A stretch of 64,000 nucleotides of DNA from Myxococcota bacterium (GTDB lineage Bacteria; Myxococcota_A; UBA9160; JAFDDA01). The stretch spans positions 256,001-320,000 of the forward strand of contig OZ245817.1 of the NCBI GenBank assembly GCA_965228475.1, in the 5' to 3' direction. Shown piece by piece: positions 48,404 to 59,989 of this stretch (positions within the stretch are counted from its first letter, which is position 1; each line of letters starts with the position of its first letter). Position numbers and translations under genes: made by a program. The notes beneath the pieces were generated by a model that did no database searches, had not been told where the DNA came from, and saw only the letters and a program-made list of their open reading frames with translations.

Positions 48404-49582
48404 TCAGGCGAGGGCGTCCACGGCGACGAGCTCCGTTTCGATCGGCGGCACTTCTTCCTCGGGAAGCAGGAAGCGCCAGAAGATCATGCCCGAGAGGATG
48501 CCGGCGGGGCTGATCCAGTTCGGGTGCCCCGGGTCCCGGTGCGCCACCACGACCTCGAAGCTGCCGTCGGGCCGGCACTGCATCTGGCGCCGATTCAGGG
48601 AGACGCGCCGGTAGCGGTACGGCGGCGTCTGGAGGCGATGGTTCCAGAGCACCACGTTCGCGAAGCGGCAGCGCGGGAATCGCCCGCGCAGGACGAGCGC
48701 CTCGTCCGGCGCGATCTCGTAGAGGGTCTGGCGGTAGTCGATGTCCTTGGCGGAGTAGCCGATCTCGGTGTTCGGACGTTCGGGGTCGCCTCCCGAGAAG
48801 CGGTTCACCTCGCGGGACACCCAGGCGGGCATGACCTCCGGCGGGAGGTCCGGGAAATCGATCGTCGCGCCGCGCACGAAGTTCACGACGCGGCGGATGC
48901 CCGCGGCGATCGCCGCGTCGTCCATGGGCGCTGCGGGGCCGGGCGCGTCGACGGGTTCGATCCAGATCGGGACGTGGAAGGTCGGGTCCGCCGCGGCACT
49001 GCGCTCCCACTCGAAGTAGTGCCGGGTGGTGATGCTGCCGGCCCCGGGCTCGAGCCGCAGCCAGTTGCGCGGCGCGCCCTCGGGCGGTTCCGCGCTCACG
49101 AGGATCTCGTAGCTGCCGTCGGGGGCGACGTCGAACTCCTTGTCGTTCAACGTCGAGACCACGCCCTTCGAAAGATGGCCTTCCTGGGCGCCCGTCTCGA
49201 CGGTGAAGGAGGTGTACGCCGCGTTCGCGACGTTGCCGCGGATCCGGTAGCGGCCGCCCGGGTCGGTCACGGCGCCGTAGTACACGGCGTCCGGGTTGTC
49301 GCCGAGGAGCTTCTTCGTCGGCGAGAGCCAGCGGTGGAAGACCGGCCTCGCCGGGTCGCAGTCGAACCAGACCGAGAAGCCGTGCTGCAGTGCGTTGGCG
49401 ACGAGGGAGCGTGCCGCGTCCTTCTGGGCCGGGGTGCCCATGTGGGTGCGGTCGCCGTTCACCCAATCCGCTTCGATCTCGCCGAGCGTCGCGGCGAGTT
49501 CGGCGAACGCCCGCGCCGCTTCTGAGCCCGAGGCGGCGGCCTTGGCGAGCGCCTCGAGACCCGCGGAGATCGATTCGCTCAT
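48404..49582 (-). CDS. DUF1214 domain protein
   Basis: GDNPDAVYY, YRIRG, DGSYEI, NWL, DGSFEVVVAHRDPGHPNWI; adjacent to a sulfotransferase. Confidence 0.82.
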   Translation of the reverse strand: MSESISAGLEALAKAAASGSEAARAFAELAATLGEIEADWVNGDRTHMGTPAQKDAARSLVANALQHGFSVWFDCDPARPVFHRWLSPTKKLLGDNPDAVYYGAVTDPGGRYRIRGNVANAAYTSFTVETGAQEGHLSKGVVSTLNDKEFDVAPDGSYEILVSAEPPEGAPRNWLRLEPGAGSITTRHYFEWERSAAADPTFHVPIWIEPVDAPGPAAPMDDAAIAAGIRRVVNFVRGATIDFPDLPPEVMPAWVSREVNRFSGGDPERPNTEIGYSAKDIDYRQTLYEIAPDEALVLRGRFPRCRFANVVLWNHRLQTPPYRYRRVSLNRRQMQCRPDGSFEVVVAHRDPGHPNWISPAGILSGMIFWRFLLPEEEVPPIETELVAVDALA

Positions 49583-49616
49583 CGTCGTTCCTCTCTGCGC
49601 GTGGACGGCCGATTCT

Positions 49617-49738
49617 ACATCGCGTCCCGGGCCGGGTGGGGGCTGCTGACACGTCGCGCCTTCGGCCCCGGGTGGGGCTGCTGACACATCGCGCCGTCGG
49701 CCCCGGGTGGGGGCCGCTGACACATCGCGCCGTCGGCC
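49617..49738. repeat. Intergenic tandem repeat, 35-36-bp unit, about 3.4 copies
   Basis: CTGACACATCGCGCCGTCGGCCCCGGGTGGGG(G)CYG units start at 49646, 49681 and 49717 (partial), with a degenerate partial unit at 49617. Confidence 0.9.
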
Positions 49739-49752
49739 GTTACCCACCTTCG

Positions 49753-50343
49753 ATGAGGACTCGCGGACATCGGGGCTCGGCGCCCGGTAGGGCCCTTCTG
49801 CTGGCCCTGGCGGCCGGCCTGCTCGCGCCGCGGCTCGCGGCGGCCGCGCCCGTTCTCGAGTTCGTCTTTCTCGATTCCGGCCGGACGGTGTCGCCGACCG
49901 AATCCCTCGAGATGCGCGGGCGCGTCACCAACGTCGGCGACATGGCCCTGACCGGCGCGGTCGGTGGCGGCAGCGCAACGGTCCCGCCCTCGGTCCTCGA
50001 TCAGTACTTCGACCCGGCGGTCCCCTCGCCCATCCCGTTCCCCGCCGGCGTCATCGACCTCGTTCCGGGGGAGAGCATCGAGTGGCTCATCGCGAGCCTC
50101 GTTCCCTTCCCGATCTCGGGGAACCTGGGAGATCCGGTCACACCCGGGGAGTACGTCTTCCCCCTCGCGAACCTGACGACCACGTTCTTCGTTCCAGCGG
50201 GACCCGCCTCGATGACCTTCACGGCGCAGACGACGAACGCCAGCGACTTCGTCTGGACGGTCGCCGTCCCCGAGCCTGCTGCGGGCCTGCTGCTTGCCGC
50301 GGCGGGTTGTGGTCTGTTCGCCCGAGGCCGCCGGCGCCGCTAG
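49753..50343 (+). CDS. PEP-CTERM sorting domain surface protein
   Basis: Signal peptide; C-terminal VPEPAAGLLLAAAGCGLFARGRRRR. Confidence 0.82.
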   Translation: MRTRGHRGSAPGRALLLALAAGLLAPRLAAAAPVLEFVFLDSGRTVSPTESLEMRGRVTNVGDMALTGAVGGGSATVPPSVLDQYFDPAVPSPIPFPAGVIDLVPGESIEWLIASLVPFPISGNLGDPVTPGEYVFPLANLTTTFFVPAGPASMTFTAQTTNASDFVWTVAVPEPAAGLLLAAAGCGLFARGRRRR

Positions 50344-50396
50344 CGCCCGCTGCGCTTTCGTTCCCGATCCCGTGCGCGATGTGGTTTTCTATCGCG

Positions 50397-51425
50397 ATGC
50401 GAATCCTCTTTGCCGCAGCGTGGCTCGTCTCGTTCCTGGCCGGCGCTCCCGCCGCGGAGGCGGCCGACCCGCTCGTGGTCGGCGTGAGCTGGGCGTACTT
50501 CCAGGAGGAGCGCTGGAAGACCGACGAAGCGGCGATCCGCACGGCGCTCGAGGCGGCCGGCGCACGCTACCTCGCCACCGACGCCCAGGGTTCGAGCGAG
50601 AAGCAGCTCGCGGACATCGAGAGCCTCGTCGCGCGCGGCGCGCAGGTGCTGATCGTCGTCGCCCACGACGCCGACGCGATGGCCCCCGCGCTGGCGCTCG
50701 CCCGCCAGGAAGGCATCCCGGTGCTCGCCTACGACCGGCTGATCGAAGCGCCCGGCGTGTTCTACCTCTCCTTCGACAACCGGGAGGTCGGCCGGCTCCA
50801 GGCCCGCGCCGTGGCCGCGCTCCGGCCCGCCGGCCGCTACGTCTTCATCAAGGGCGCGCCCACCGATCCCAACGCGGCCTTCGTCCACTCCGGCCAGGTC
50901 GACGTCCTGCAGGAAGCGATCGAGCGCGGGGAGATCGAGGTCGTCGGCGATCAGGCGATCGACGGCTGGCTCCCGGAGCTCGCCCAGCGCGTGATGGAGC
51001 AGATCCTCACCGCCACCGGCGATGGCGTCGATGCCGTGGTCTGCTCGAACGACGGCATGGCGGGGGGCGTCATCGCGGCGCTGCGCGCTCAAGGTCTGGT
51101 GGGCATCCCCGTCTCGGGCCAGGACGGCGACCACGCCGCCTTGAACCGCGTCGCGCGGGGCGAGCAGACCGTGAGCGTGTGGAAGGATGCGCGCGCGCTC
51201 GGCCGGCGGGCTGCGGCCGTGGCGCTGGCGCTCGGCAAGGGGGAGCCGGTGCCCGGTGCGAGCCGCTACGCCGAAGGGCCGCGCCGCATCGGGGTCGACG
51301 CGATCCTGCTCGAGCCGCTCCCGATCACCCGCGCCAACCTCGGCGTCGTGATCGACGCGGGCTGGGTGCCTCGGGCCACCGTCTGTCGCGGCGTTGGCGA
51401 AGACGCGCCACCGGCCTGCCGCTAG
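50397..51425 (+). CDS. xylF: D-xylose-type sugar ABC transporter substrate-binding protein
   Basis: FQEERWKTDE, AYDRLI, SFDN..VG, KGAPTDPNA, NDGMAGG, VSGQDGD. Confidence 0.85.
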   Translation: MRILFAAAWLVSFLAGAPAAEAADPLVVGVSWAYFQEERWKTDEAAIRTALEAAGARYLATDAQGSSEKQLADIESLVARGAQVLIVVAHDADAMAPALALARQEGIPVLAYDRLIEAPGVFYLSFDNREVGRLQARAVAALRPAGRYVFIKGAPTDPNAAFVHSGQVDVLQEAIERGEIEVVGDQAIDGWLPELAQRVMEQILTATGDGVDAVVCSNDGMAGGVIAALRAQGLVGIPVSGQDGDHAALNRVARGEQTVSVWKDARALGRRAAAVALALGKGEPVPGASRYAEGPRRIGVDAILLEPLPITRANLGVVIDAGWVPRATVCRGVGEDAPPACR

Positions 51426-51434
51426 GACCCGCGC

Positions 51435-52661
51435 TTGGCCTCTCTTCGAGAGCGGATGCAGGACGTCCTTCGGCGAAGCGAGCTCGATCCCCGGCTGCTC
51501 GGGACGACGCTCGCGCTCGCATCGACCTGGATCGCACTCGACGTCGCGACCGGCGGCCTCTTCCTGACCGCGCGGAACCTCTACAACCTGGCCGTGCAGA
51601 GCAGCGTCGTCGGCGTGATGGCCTGCGGCATGGTGCTCGTGATCGTCGCGCGCCACATCGATCTGTCCGTCGGGTCGCTGCTCGGGCTGACCGGCATGTT
51701 CGTCGCCGTCCTCCAGGTGGAGGTGTTCCCCGCGGCGGCCTGGGCCTGGCCTCTCTCGGCCGTACTCGGGATCGCACTCGGTGCCGGGCTCGGTGCGGTG
51801 CAGGGGGCGTGGGTCGCCCGGGCGGGCCTGCCGGCCTTCGTCGTGACGCTGGCCGGATTGATGATCTTCCGCGGCGCCGCCTACCTGCTGACGGACGGCC
51901 GCACCGTGACCCCCCTCGCGCCCGGCTTCGAGCGCCTCGGGGGTGGCGTCGAAGGCGCCATCGGCGCTCCGGCGAGCTGGGCGCTCGGCGCGCTGGCCGC
52001 CGCGCTGCTGCTCGCCCGCGGGCTCCGCGCGCGCCGGGAGCGTCGACGCCACGGCATCCCGGCGCGGCCCGCCTGGAGCGAAGCGCTCCACCTGACCCTC
52101 GCGGTCTGCGCCCCGCTCGCGTTCGTCTGGGTGATGAACCTGCACACCCTGCCCCGCAGCGACGTGGCGCGCGGGCTTCCGGTGCCGGTGCTCGTCCTCG
52201 TCGCGACGGCGGCCGGCGTGCACGTTCTCGCCCGGTCGACACGCTTCGGACGCCACGTCTTCGCGATCGGCGGGAACCGCCGTGCGGCCGCCCGGGCGGG
52301 GGTCGACGTCGCGAGGGTGACCCTCGGGCTGTTCGCGGCGATGGGCGCGCTGGCCGGCGTGGCGGGCGTGCTCGCGACCGCGCGGCTCGGCGCCGGGACG
52401 TCCTCGCTCGGCACCCTCGCCGAGCTCGCGGTCATCGCGGCGGCGGTGATCGGGGGGACCCGGCTCTCGGGCGGTGCGGGAAGCGTGCCGGGCGCGATCC
52501 TCGGCGCCGTGCTCATGCAGAGTCTCGAGAACGGCATGGTGCTCCTCGGGGTTTCGAGCGCGGTGCGGCAGGTCGGGATCGGGGCGGTGCTGCTGCTCGC
52601 GGTCCACGCGGACGCGGTCTGGCAGCGCCGCTCGGGCGGGCCCGAGGAGGAGGCGGCATGA
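51435..52661 (+). CDS. xylH: Sugar ABC transporter permease (start 51435 or 51456)
   Basis: FLTARNLYNL, HIDLSVGS, PAFVVTLAG, FGRHVFAIGGN, IAAAVIGGT. Confidence 0.85.
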   Translation: MASLRERMQDVLRRSELDPRLLGTTLALASTWIALDVATGGLFLTARNLYNLAVQSSVVGVMACGMVLVIVARHIDLSVGSLLGLTGMFVAVLQVEVFPAAAWAWPLSAVLGIALGAGLGAVQGAWVARAGLPAFVVTLAGLMIFRGAAYLLTDGRTVTPLAPGFERLGGGVEGAIGAPASWALGALAAALLLARGLRARRERRRHGIPARPAWSEALHLTLAVCAPLAFVWVMNLHTLPRSDVARGLPVPVLVLVATAAGVHVLARSTRFGRHVFAIGGNRRAAARAGVDVARVTLGLFAAMGALAGVAGVLATARLGAGTSSLGTLAELAVIAAAVIGGTRLSGGAGSVPGAILGAVLMQSLENGMVLLGVSSAVRQVGIGAVLLLAVHADAVWQRRSGGPEEEAA

Positions 52662-53389
52662 GCGAACCCCTGCTCGAGCTGCGCGGGGTCGCCAAGGCCT
52701 TCGGCGGCGTTCACGCCGTCGAACCGATCGACCTGCGCATCGAGGCGGGCGAGGTGCACGGCCTGCTCGGCCACAACGGTGCGGGCAAGTCGACCCTCGC
52801 GAAGCTCGTCTCCGGCGCGCACCGCATCGACGCGGGCGAAGTGCGCATCGGCGGGGAGCGCGTCGAGCTGCGCAACCCCCGCGATGCCCAGCGCCACGGC
52901 ATCGAGATGATCTACCAGGACCTCTCCCTCGCGGACAACCTGGACGCCATCGCGAACCTCTTCCTCGGGCGCGAGCTCCGTGGGCGTTTCGGGCTGCTCG
53001 ACGAACGCGCCATGGAGGCGCGGGCGCGCGAGATCTTCGCCGGTCTGAATCCGGCCTTCGCTCGCCTGCGGGAGCCCGTTGCGCGCCTGTCGGGCGGCGA
53101 GCGGCAGATGGTGGCCATCGCCCGGGCGCTCCTGTTCTCGGCCCGCATCCTCGTCATGGACGAGCCGACCGCGGCCCTCGGGCCCGCGGAGTCCCGCAAC
53201 GTCGCGGCGCTCGTCCGCCGCCTCGCCGGCCAGGGCCTGGCGATCGTGCTCGTGAGCCACGATCTCTCGGACGTCTTCGCCCTCTCGGACCGCCTGACCA
53301 TCCTGAAGGGTGGGCGCCACGTCGCGACGGCCCGGCGCGAGGCGCTGACGCCCGACCGGGCCCTCGAGATGATCATCGCCGGCGAGTGA
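52658..53389 (+). CDS. Sugar ABC transporter ATP-binding protein (single domain)
   Basis: GHNGAGKST, LSGGERQ, MDEPTAALG. Confidence 0.92.
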   Translation: MSEPLLELRGVAKAFGGVHAVEPIDLRIEAGEVHGLLGHNGAGKSTLAKLVSGAHRIDAGEVRIGGERVELRNPRDAQRHGIEMIYQDLSLADNLDAIANLFLGRELRGRFGLLDERAMEARAREIFAGLNPAFARLREPVARLSGGERQMVAIARALLFSARILVMDEPTAALGPAESRNVAALVRRLAGQGLAIVLVSHDLSDVFALSDRLTILKGGRHVATARREALTPDRALEMIIAGE

Positions 53390-53433
53390 GCCCGTGGCCA
53401 TCCGGCGCCGGCCGTCTGGTAGGCTGCGGAATC

Positions 53434-53946
53434 ATGACGAGCCCCGACGAGTTGGAAGAGGCCTTTCGCAGCTACTGGCAACGCGGCGCGGTGGGCGAGC
53501 GCTGGGAGGAGTGGGTCGACCGGTCCTTCACGCCCGACGCCGTCTACCACGAGCGGGTTCTCGGGAGCATGAACGGACGCGATGCCATCCGCGAGTGGAT
53601 CGTTCCGATCATGGCCCGGTACGGCGAGATCTACACGGCGTACGAGTGGCACACGGTCGACGCCGAACTCGGGAAGGTCGTCGTCTACATGCAGAATCGG
53701 CGCGACCACCCGAGCGGAGAGGGCGTGATCGACTTCCCCGGCGTCACGATCCTCGACTACGCCGGCGACGGGCGGTTCCGGCAGGAAGAGGACTACTGGG
53801 CGCTGCCCCTGGCGCGCGAAGCGGCCGAGGCCTACCAGGCCGCCTGCGAGAAGCACGACCCCGAGCACGCCGCGAAGCGCACGCGGCGCGACTGGGGGAA
53901 CGGCCCGTCCTGGACGCAGGGCGCGGCTTCCTACGACGAGCGCTAG
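53434..53946 (+). CDS. NTF2/SnoaL-like protein
   Basis: FTPDAVYHE..GRDAIREWI, YAGDGRF..EEDYW. Confidence 0.8.
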   Translation: MTSPDELEEAFRSYWQRGAVGERWEEWVDRSFTPDAVYHERVLGSMNGRDAIREWIVPIMARYGEIYTAYEWHTVDAELGKVVVYMQNRRDHPSGEGVIDFPGVTILDYAGDGRFRQEEDYWALPLAREAAEAYQAACEKHDPEHAAKRTRRDWGNGPSWTQGAASYDER

Positions 53947-53959
53947 CCGGACCCGCACG

Positions 53960-54823
53960 ATGTATCACGCCTACCAGATCCCGACCGACGGCACCTTCGA
54001 CCTGGGAGCTTCTCCGACGGCCCCTCCCGCCGATGCTCCGTCGAAGAAACAGCTCGAGAAGAAGCTCCGGAAGACGGTCAAGAAGATCGCCGAGCTGCAG
54101 CGCGCGCTCTACGCGGACGACCGCCACGCGCTCCTGCTGGTCTTCCAGGCCATGGACGCCGCGGGCAAGGACGGCACGATCCGCGCAGTCCTGAAGGGCG
54201 TGAACCCCGCGGGCTGCCAGGTGCATTCCTTCAAGCAGCCCTCGAAGGAGGAACTCGACCACGACTTCCTCTGGCGGACCTCCTGCCGTCTTCCCGAGCG
54301 CGGCCGGATCGGTGTCTTCAATCGCAGCTACTACGAAGAGCTGCTCGTGGTCCGGGTGCACCCGGAGTATCTCGATGCGCAGCGGCTTCCGAATCGCCCG
54401 CCCCTCGAGGAGCTCTGGCAGCGGCGGTTCGCCTCGATCCGTGAGCACGAGGCCCACCTCACCCGCACCGGGACGACGATCCTCAAATTCTGGCTGAACG
54501 TCTCGCGTGAGGAGCAGCGGCGCCGGTTCCTCGCGCGGCTCGACGAGCCCGAGAAGAACTGGAAGTTCTCGACGTCGGACGTGAAGGAGCGCGGCCACTG
54601 GGACGCCTACATGAAGGCCTACGAAGAGGCCCTGCGCGAGACGTCCCGGCCCGAAGCGCCGTGGTACGCGATCCCGGCCGACGACAAGCCCTTCATGCGC
54701 CTGGCGGTGGCGACGGCCGTCCTCGAGACCCTCGAGGGGCTCGGACTGCGCTACCCGGAGGCGGGCGAGAAGGAGCGCGCGCGGTTCGCCGAGATGCGTG
54801 CGCAGCTCGAGGCGGAAGCCTGA
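53960..54823 (+). CDS. ppk2: Polyphosphate kinase 2 family (class III-like)
   Basis: FQAMDAAGKDG, SFKQPS, FLWR, FNRSYYE, KNWKFS, WYAIPADDK. Confidence 0.92.
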   Translation: MYHAYQIPTDGTFDLGASPTAPPADAPSKKQLEKKLRKTVKKIAELQRALYADDRHALLLVFQAMDAAGKDGTIRAVLKGVNPAGCQVHSFKQPSKEELDHDFLWRTSCRLPERGRIGVFNRSYYEELLVVRVHPEYLDAQRLPNRPPLEELWQRRFASIREHEAHLTRTGTTILKFWLNVSREEQRRRFLARLDEPEKNWKFSTSDVKERGHWDAYMKAYEEALRETSRPEAPWYAIPADDKPFMRLAVATAVLETLEGLGLRYPEAGEKERARFAEMRAQLEAEA

Positions 54824-54847
54824 CCTGGCCGGCCGCGCCCGCCGCTC

Positions 54848-57073
<2,226 letters not shown>

Positions 57074-57239
57074 GGTCCCTCTCGGCGGTTGGGGGAGTCG
57101 AGGGTCTACCAGAATCGGGGTTCCCCCGCATCGTAGCTGGGGCCCGGGGAGGCGCCCGCGGAGCCCGCTGCGGCCGGCCGCCGACTGCGGTACAAGAGCG
57201 GCGTCGGCCGAGATCTCGGCGGGCCTTCCGGAGAGCAGC

Positions 57240-58247
57240 GTGGATCCCCAGACCGAGCAGGGGCTCGGGACGGACGGCACGGGCCGGACCGACCCGGCCG
57301 GTGACATCCGAGCGGAACGCGTCGGCCTGGCCTTCGCGGGCCTGTGCGTCGTGAACGGTGCGGTGTTCCCCGCCGTGGCGAAGCTCACGACCGATGGCGC
57401 GGATGCGCTCTTCGTCGCCACGGTGACGACCGGCTTCGGAGCGCTCGTGGCCTTCGCGTACCTCGCCGTGCGGGGGGGACTCGGCGCGTTCTTCGACCGC
57501 CGAGTGGGCCCGCGCCTCGCGTGGGTCGGGCTGCTCGGCAGCGCGGTCGCCTACGGATTCCTGTTCGAGGGCGCCCGCCGGAGCAGCGCCATCGACACGG
57601 TGCTGTGTCTGCAGGTCGAGCCGCTGTACGCCCTGATCATCGCGCGGATGTTCCTCGGCCACGGTCTGACCCTGCGGCGCATCGCCGCTGCGGGGGTGCT
57701 TGGCACGGGCATCGGGTTGGCCATCGTGGGCGGCGGAGATTCGGATCCGATCGGCATTGCCTTCCTGCTGGCGACGCCGCTCGCCTGGCAGGTTTCGCAC
57801 CTGGTCGCGCTGCGAGGGCTCAGCGGCGTCTCTCCGATGGTGCTGACCGGTGCGCGCTACGTCCACGGCGGCCTGTGGCTCGGCCTGGCGTGGCTCGTCG
57901 CCGGAGCGCCGACGGGGATCGCGCCGGACGACAGCCTCACGGCGCGGCTGCCGCTGCTCGCCTTCCAGGGGATCGCCCTGAGCTTCATCGGAACCGCCTT
58001 CTGGTATCAGGCGATCGCGCGGCTCGACCTCGCGCGGGCGACGGCGATCGTCGTGCCGTCGATTCCGATGGTGTCGGTCCTCGCGACCTTCCTCCTGCTC
58101 GGGGACGTCCCGACGCTCCGCCAGTGGCTGGGCCTCGGCCTGACGGCCCTCGGCGTCCTCGCCTTCGTGACCGCACCGGCGGCCCGGGAGAAGCGCGAAC
58201 GCATCCCCACCGCCACGGCCCCGATCGCCGCGCCGCGCGGAGACTAG
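57240..58247 (+). CDS. DMT/EamA family transporter
   Basis: About 10 TM segments in two repeats; [13 protein letters not shown]. Confidence 0.85.
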   Translation: MDPQTEQGLGTDGTGRTDPAGDIRAERVGLAFAGLCVVNGAVFPAVAKLTTDGADALFVATVTTGFGALVAFAYLAVRGGLGAFFDRRVGPRLAWVGLLGSAVAYGFLFEGARRSSAIDTVLCLQVEPLYALIIARMFLGHGLTLRRIAAAGVLGTGIGLAIVGGGDSDPIGIAFLLATPLAWQVSHLVALRGLSGVSPMVLTGARYVHGGLWLGLAWLVAGAPTGIAPDDSLTARLPLLAFQGIALSFIGTAFWYQAIARLDLARATAIVVPSIPMVSVLATFLLLGDVPTLRQWLGLGLTALGVLAFVTAPAAREKRERIPTATAPIAAPRGD

Positions 58248-59104
58248 CCAGGCGCAAGAGCGTTGCGCGCGATGAACTCGCGCAGGAGCGGGATCGCCTC
58301 GTCGGGGCAGTCCCGGTACGCACCGTGGCCGCAGGATGGGAAGCGGTGGAACTCGACCCACTCGGGAGGCAGCGCCTCCGCGATGTCCACCTGGTCCTCG
58401 ATGGGCGTCGTTGGATCGTCTTCCCCGCCGAGCACCAGGACCGGACAGCGCACCCGGGAGAGTCCGGGGAGGAGGTCGCAGGAGAGGTACTCGTTCGCGA
58501 AGAAGTGGATCAGGACGTCGGCGTTGACGATCGTGCGGGTGAGGCCGTGCGGGTCCGAGAATCGCGTGTTGTAGTGCGGCATGCACTTGGTGATGAAGGG
58601 CCCGAGCGTCTCGAGGCTCGGGTCCTGGTAGAACGCCTCGGCTGCGTCGCGAACCTCCGGGCCGGCCAGGCGTTCGAAGACCGCGAGGTTGCGCTCCTTG
58701 CGGAAACGCCCGGCCGTGCTCGAGAAGACGAGCGCCGCGGGGTGGTCCGGGTGTCGCGCGGCGTAGACCTGCGCCACGAAGCCGCCAAAGGATTGCCCCA
58801 TCACGATCGGCCGTTCGATGCCGAGTGCGTCGCAGAGGCCGCGAACGTCGTCGGCCCACTGGGCGAGATTCCAGGTCTCCGGGCTGGCGCGGTCGCTGCG
58901 GCCGTTGCCTCGATGATCGACGTAGACGAGCTGGGCCTGGTCGCTCAGGGCGCCGAGCTCGCGCTTGAAGGACGAGTGGTCGAGCCCGGGGCCGCCGTGC
59001 AGCAGCAGCACCGTAGGCCGCCGGACCATGGCCGGCCCCTGGGGCTGCCACTCGACGCCGTCTACGTCGACGAACAGCCGTACGCCGTTTACTTCGATCC
59101 GCAT
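58244..59104 (-). CDS. Alpha/beta hydrolase (proline iminopeptidase-like)
   Basis: LHGGPG, DHRGNGRS, GQSFGG, GEDDP, GH. Confidence 0.9.
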   Translation of the reverse strand: MRIEVNGVRLFVDVDGVEWQPQGPAMVRRPTVLLLHGGPGLDHSSFKRELGALSDQAQLVYVDHRGNGRSDRASPETWNLAQWADDVRGLCDALGIERPIVMGQSFGGFVAQVYAARHPDHPAALVFSSTAGRFRKERNLAVFERLAGPEVRDAAEAFYQDPSLETLGPFITKCMPHYNTRFSDPHGLTRTIVNADVLIHFFANEYLSCDLLPGLSRVRCPVLVLGGEDDPTTPIEDQVDIAEALPPEWVEFHRFPSCGHGAYRDCPDEAIPLLREFIARNALAPG

Positions 59105-59168
59105 CGGGCTCCCTCCAAGCCGAGCAGCCTACCAGCGGTGTCGGGCGCCGGGGGGATTTCGGCGTCGC

Positions 59169-59864
59169 TCAACGAAGATCGGAGAGGCGCACGCGCTGGC
59201 GCCCCTCCGCGTCGAAGTTCTCCGGAGCGAGCCAGGCCTCGAAGCCGTGCCGGAGGGCCGGCCACTCGGCATCGGTGATCGAGAACCACGCCGTGTCGCG
59301 GTTGCGGCCCTTCATGATGACGTGGTTGCGGAAGGTTCCCTCGTAGCGGAAGCCGAGGCGCTCGGCGGCGGCTCGCGACGGCGCGTTGAGCGCATCGCAC
59401 TTCCACTCGTAGCGGCGGTAGCCGAGGTCGTCGAAGGCGTGGCGCATCATCAGGAACATGGCCTCGGTCGCCGCCGGTGTTCGCTGGAGGGCCGGTGCGT
59501 AGGAGAGATGCCCGACCTCGAGGACGCCCATCTCGGGCTCGATGCGGAGGTAGCTCGCCACGCCGACGGGCCGGGCGTCCGTTCCGGTGCAGACGGCGAA
59601 GAAGAGCGGGTCGTCCTTGCCGAGCGTCTGCTCGACGAAGGCTTCGTACTCCGACGCGCTCGGGAAGGGGCCGTAGGGCAGGTAGGTCCAGTTTCTCCCG
59701 TCGTCCTCGGCGTAGGCGGCGTGGAGCGCTTCGGCGTGGGCCGTCGCGAGGGGCTCGAGCCGGCAGAAGCGCCCGGCGTGCACCTGGTGCCGGGGCCGCG
59801 GCCGTGCGGTGAATCCTTCGAGGCTCCTGCCGATGGGCTGACCCCACCGGTTGGTTCGTTCCAT
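59169..59864 (-). CDS. GNAT family (RimJ/RimL-like) N-acetyltransferase
   Basis: WTYLPYGPF, GYRRYEWKCDALNAPSRAAAERLGFRYEG, KGRNRDTAWFSI. Confidence 0.92.
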   Translation of the reverse strand: MERTNRWGQPIGRSLEGFTARPRPRHQVHAGRFCRLEPLATAHAEALHAAYAEDDGRNWTYLPYGPFPSASEYEAFVEQTLGKDDPLFFAVCTGTDARPVGVASYLRIEPEMGVLEVGHLSYAPALQRTPAATEAMFLMMRHAFDDLGYRRYEWKCDALNAPSRAAAERLGFRYEGTFRNHVIMKGRNRDTAWFSITDAEWPALRHGFEAWLAPENFDAEGRQRVRLSDLR

Positions 59865-59989
59865 CCTTCCGTCTCCCCGATCGCGCCCCGGAGCTTACGG
59901 AAGGGTTCGGGCGACGGTGTGGCCTTTCGGTGGAATCCGGCACCTCGGGCCCGCTACTCGCCGGGCGGGAACCTGTGCCATGGTGGGGC

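Noticed and set aside
47167..49582. Sulfotransferase + DUF1214 pair as a novel system
   Set aside because: This pairing is a common, already recognised neighbourhood; nothing unusual here.
49617..49738. CRISPR array
   Set aside because: The repeat units abut without unique spacers, and there are no cas genes in the window.
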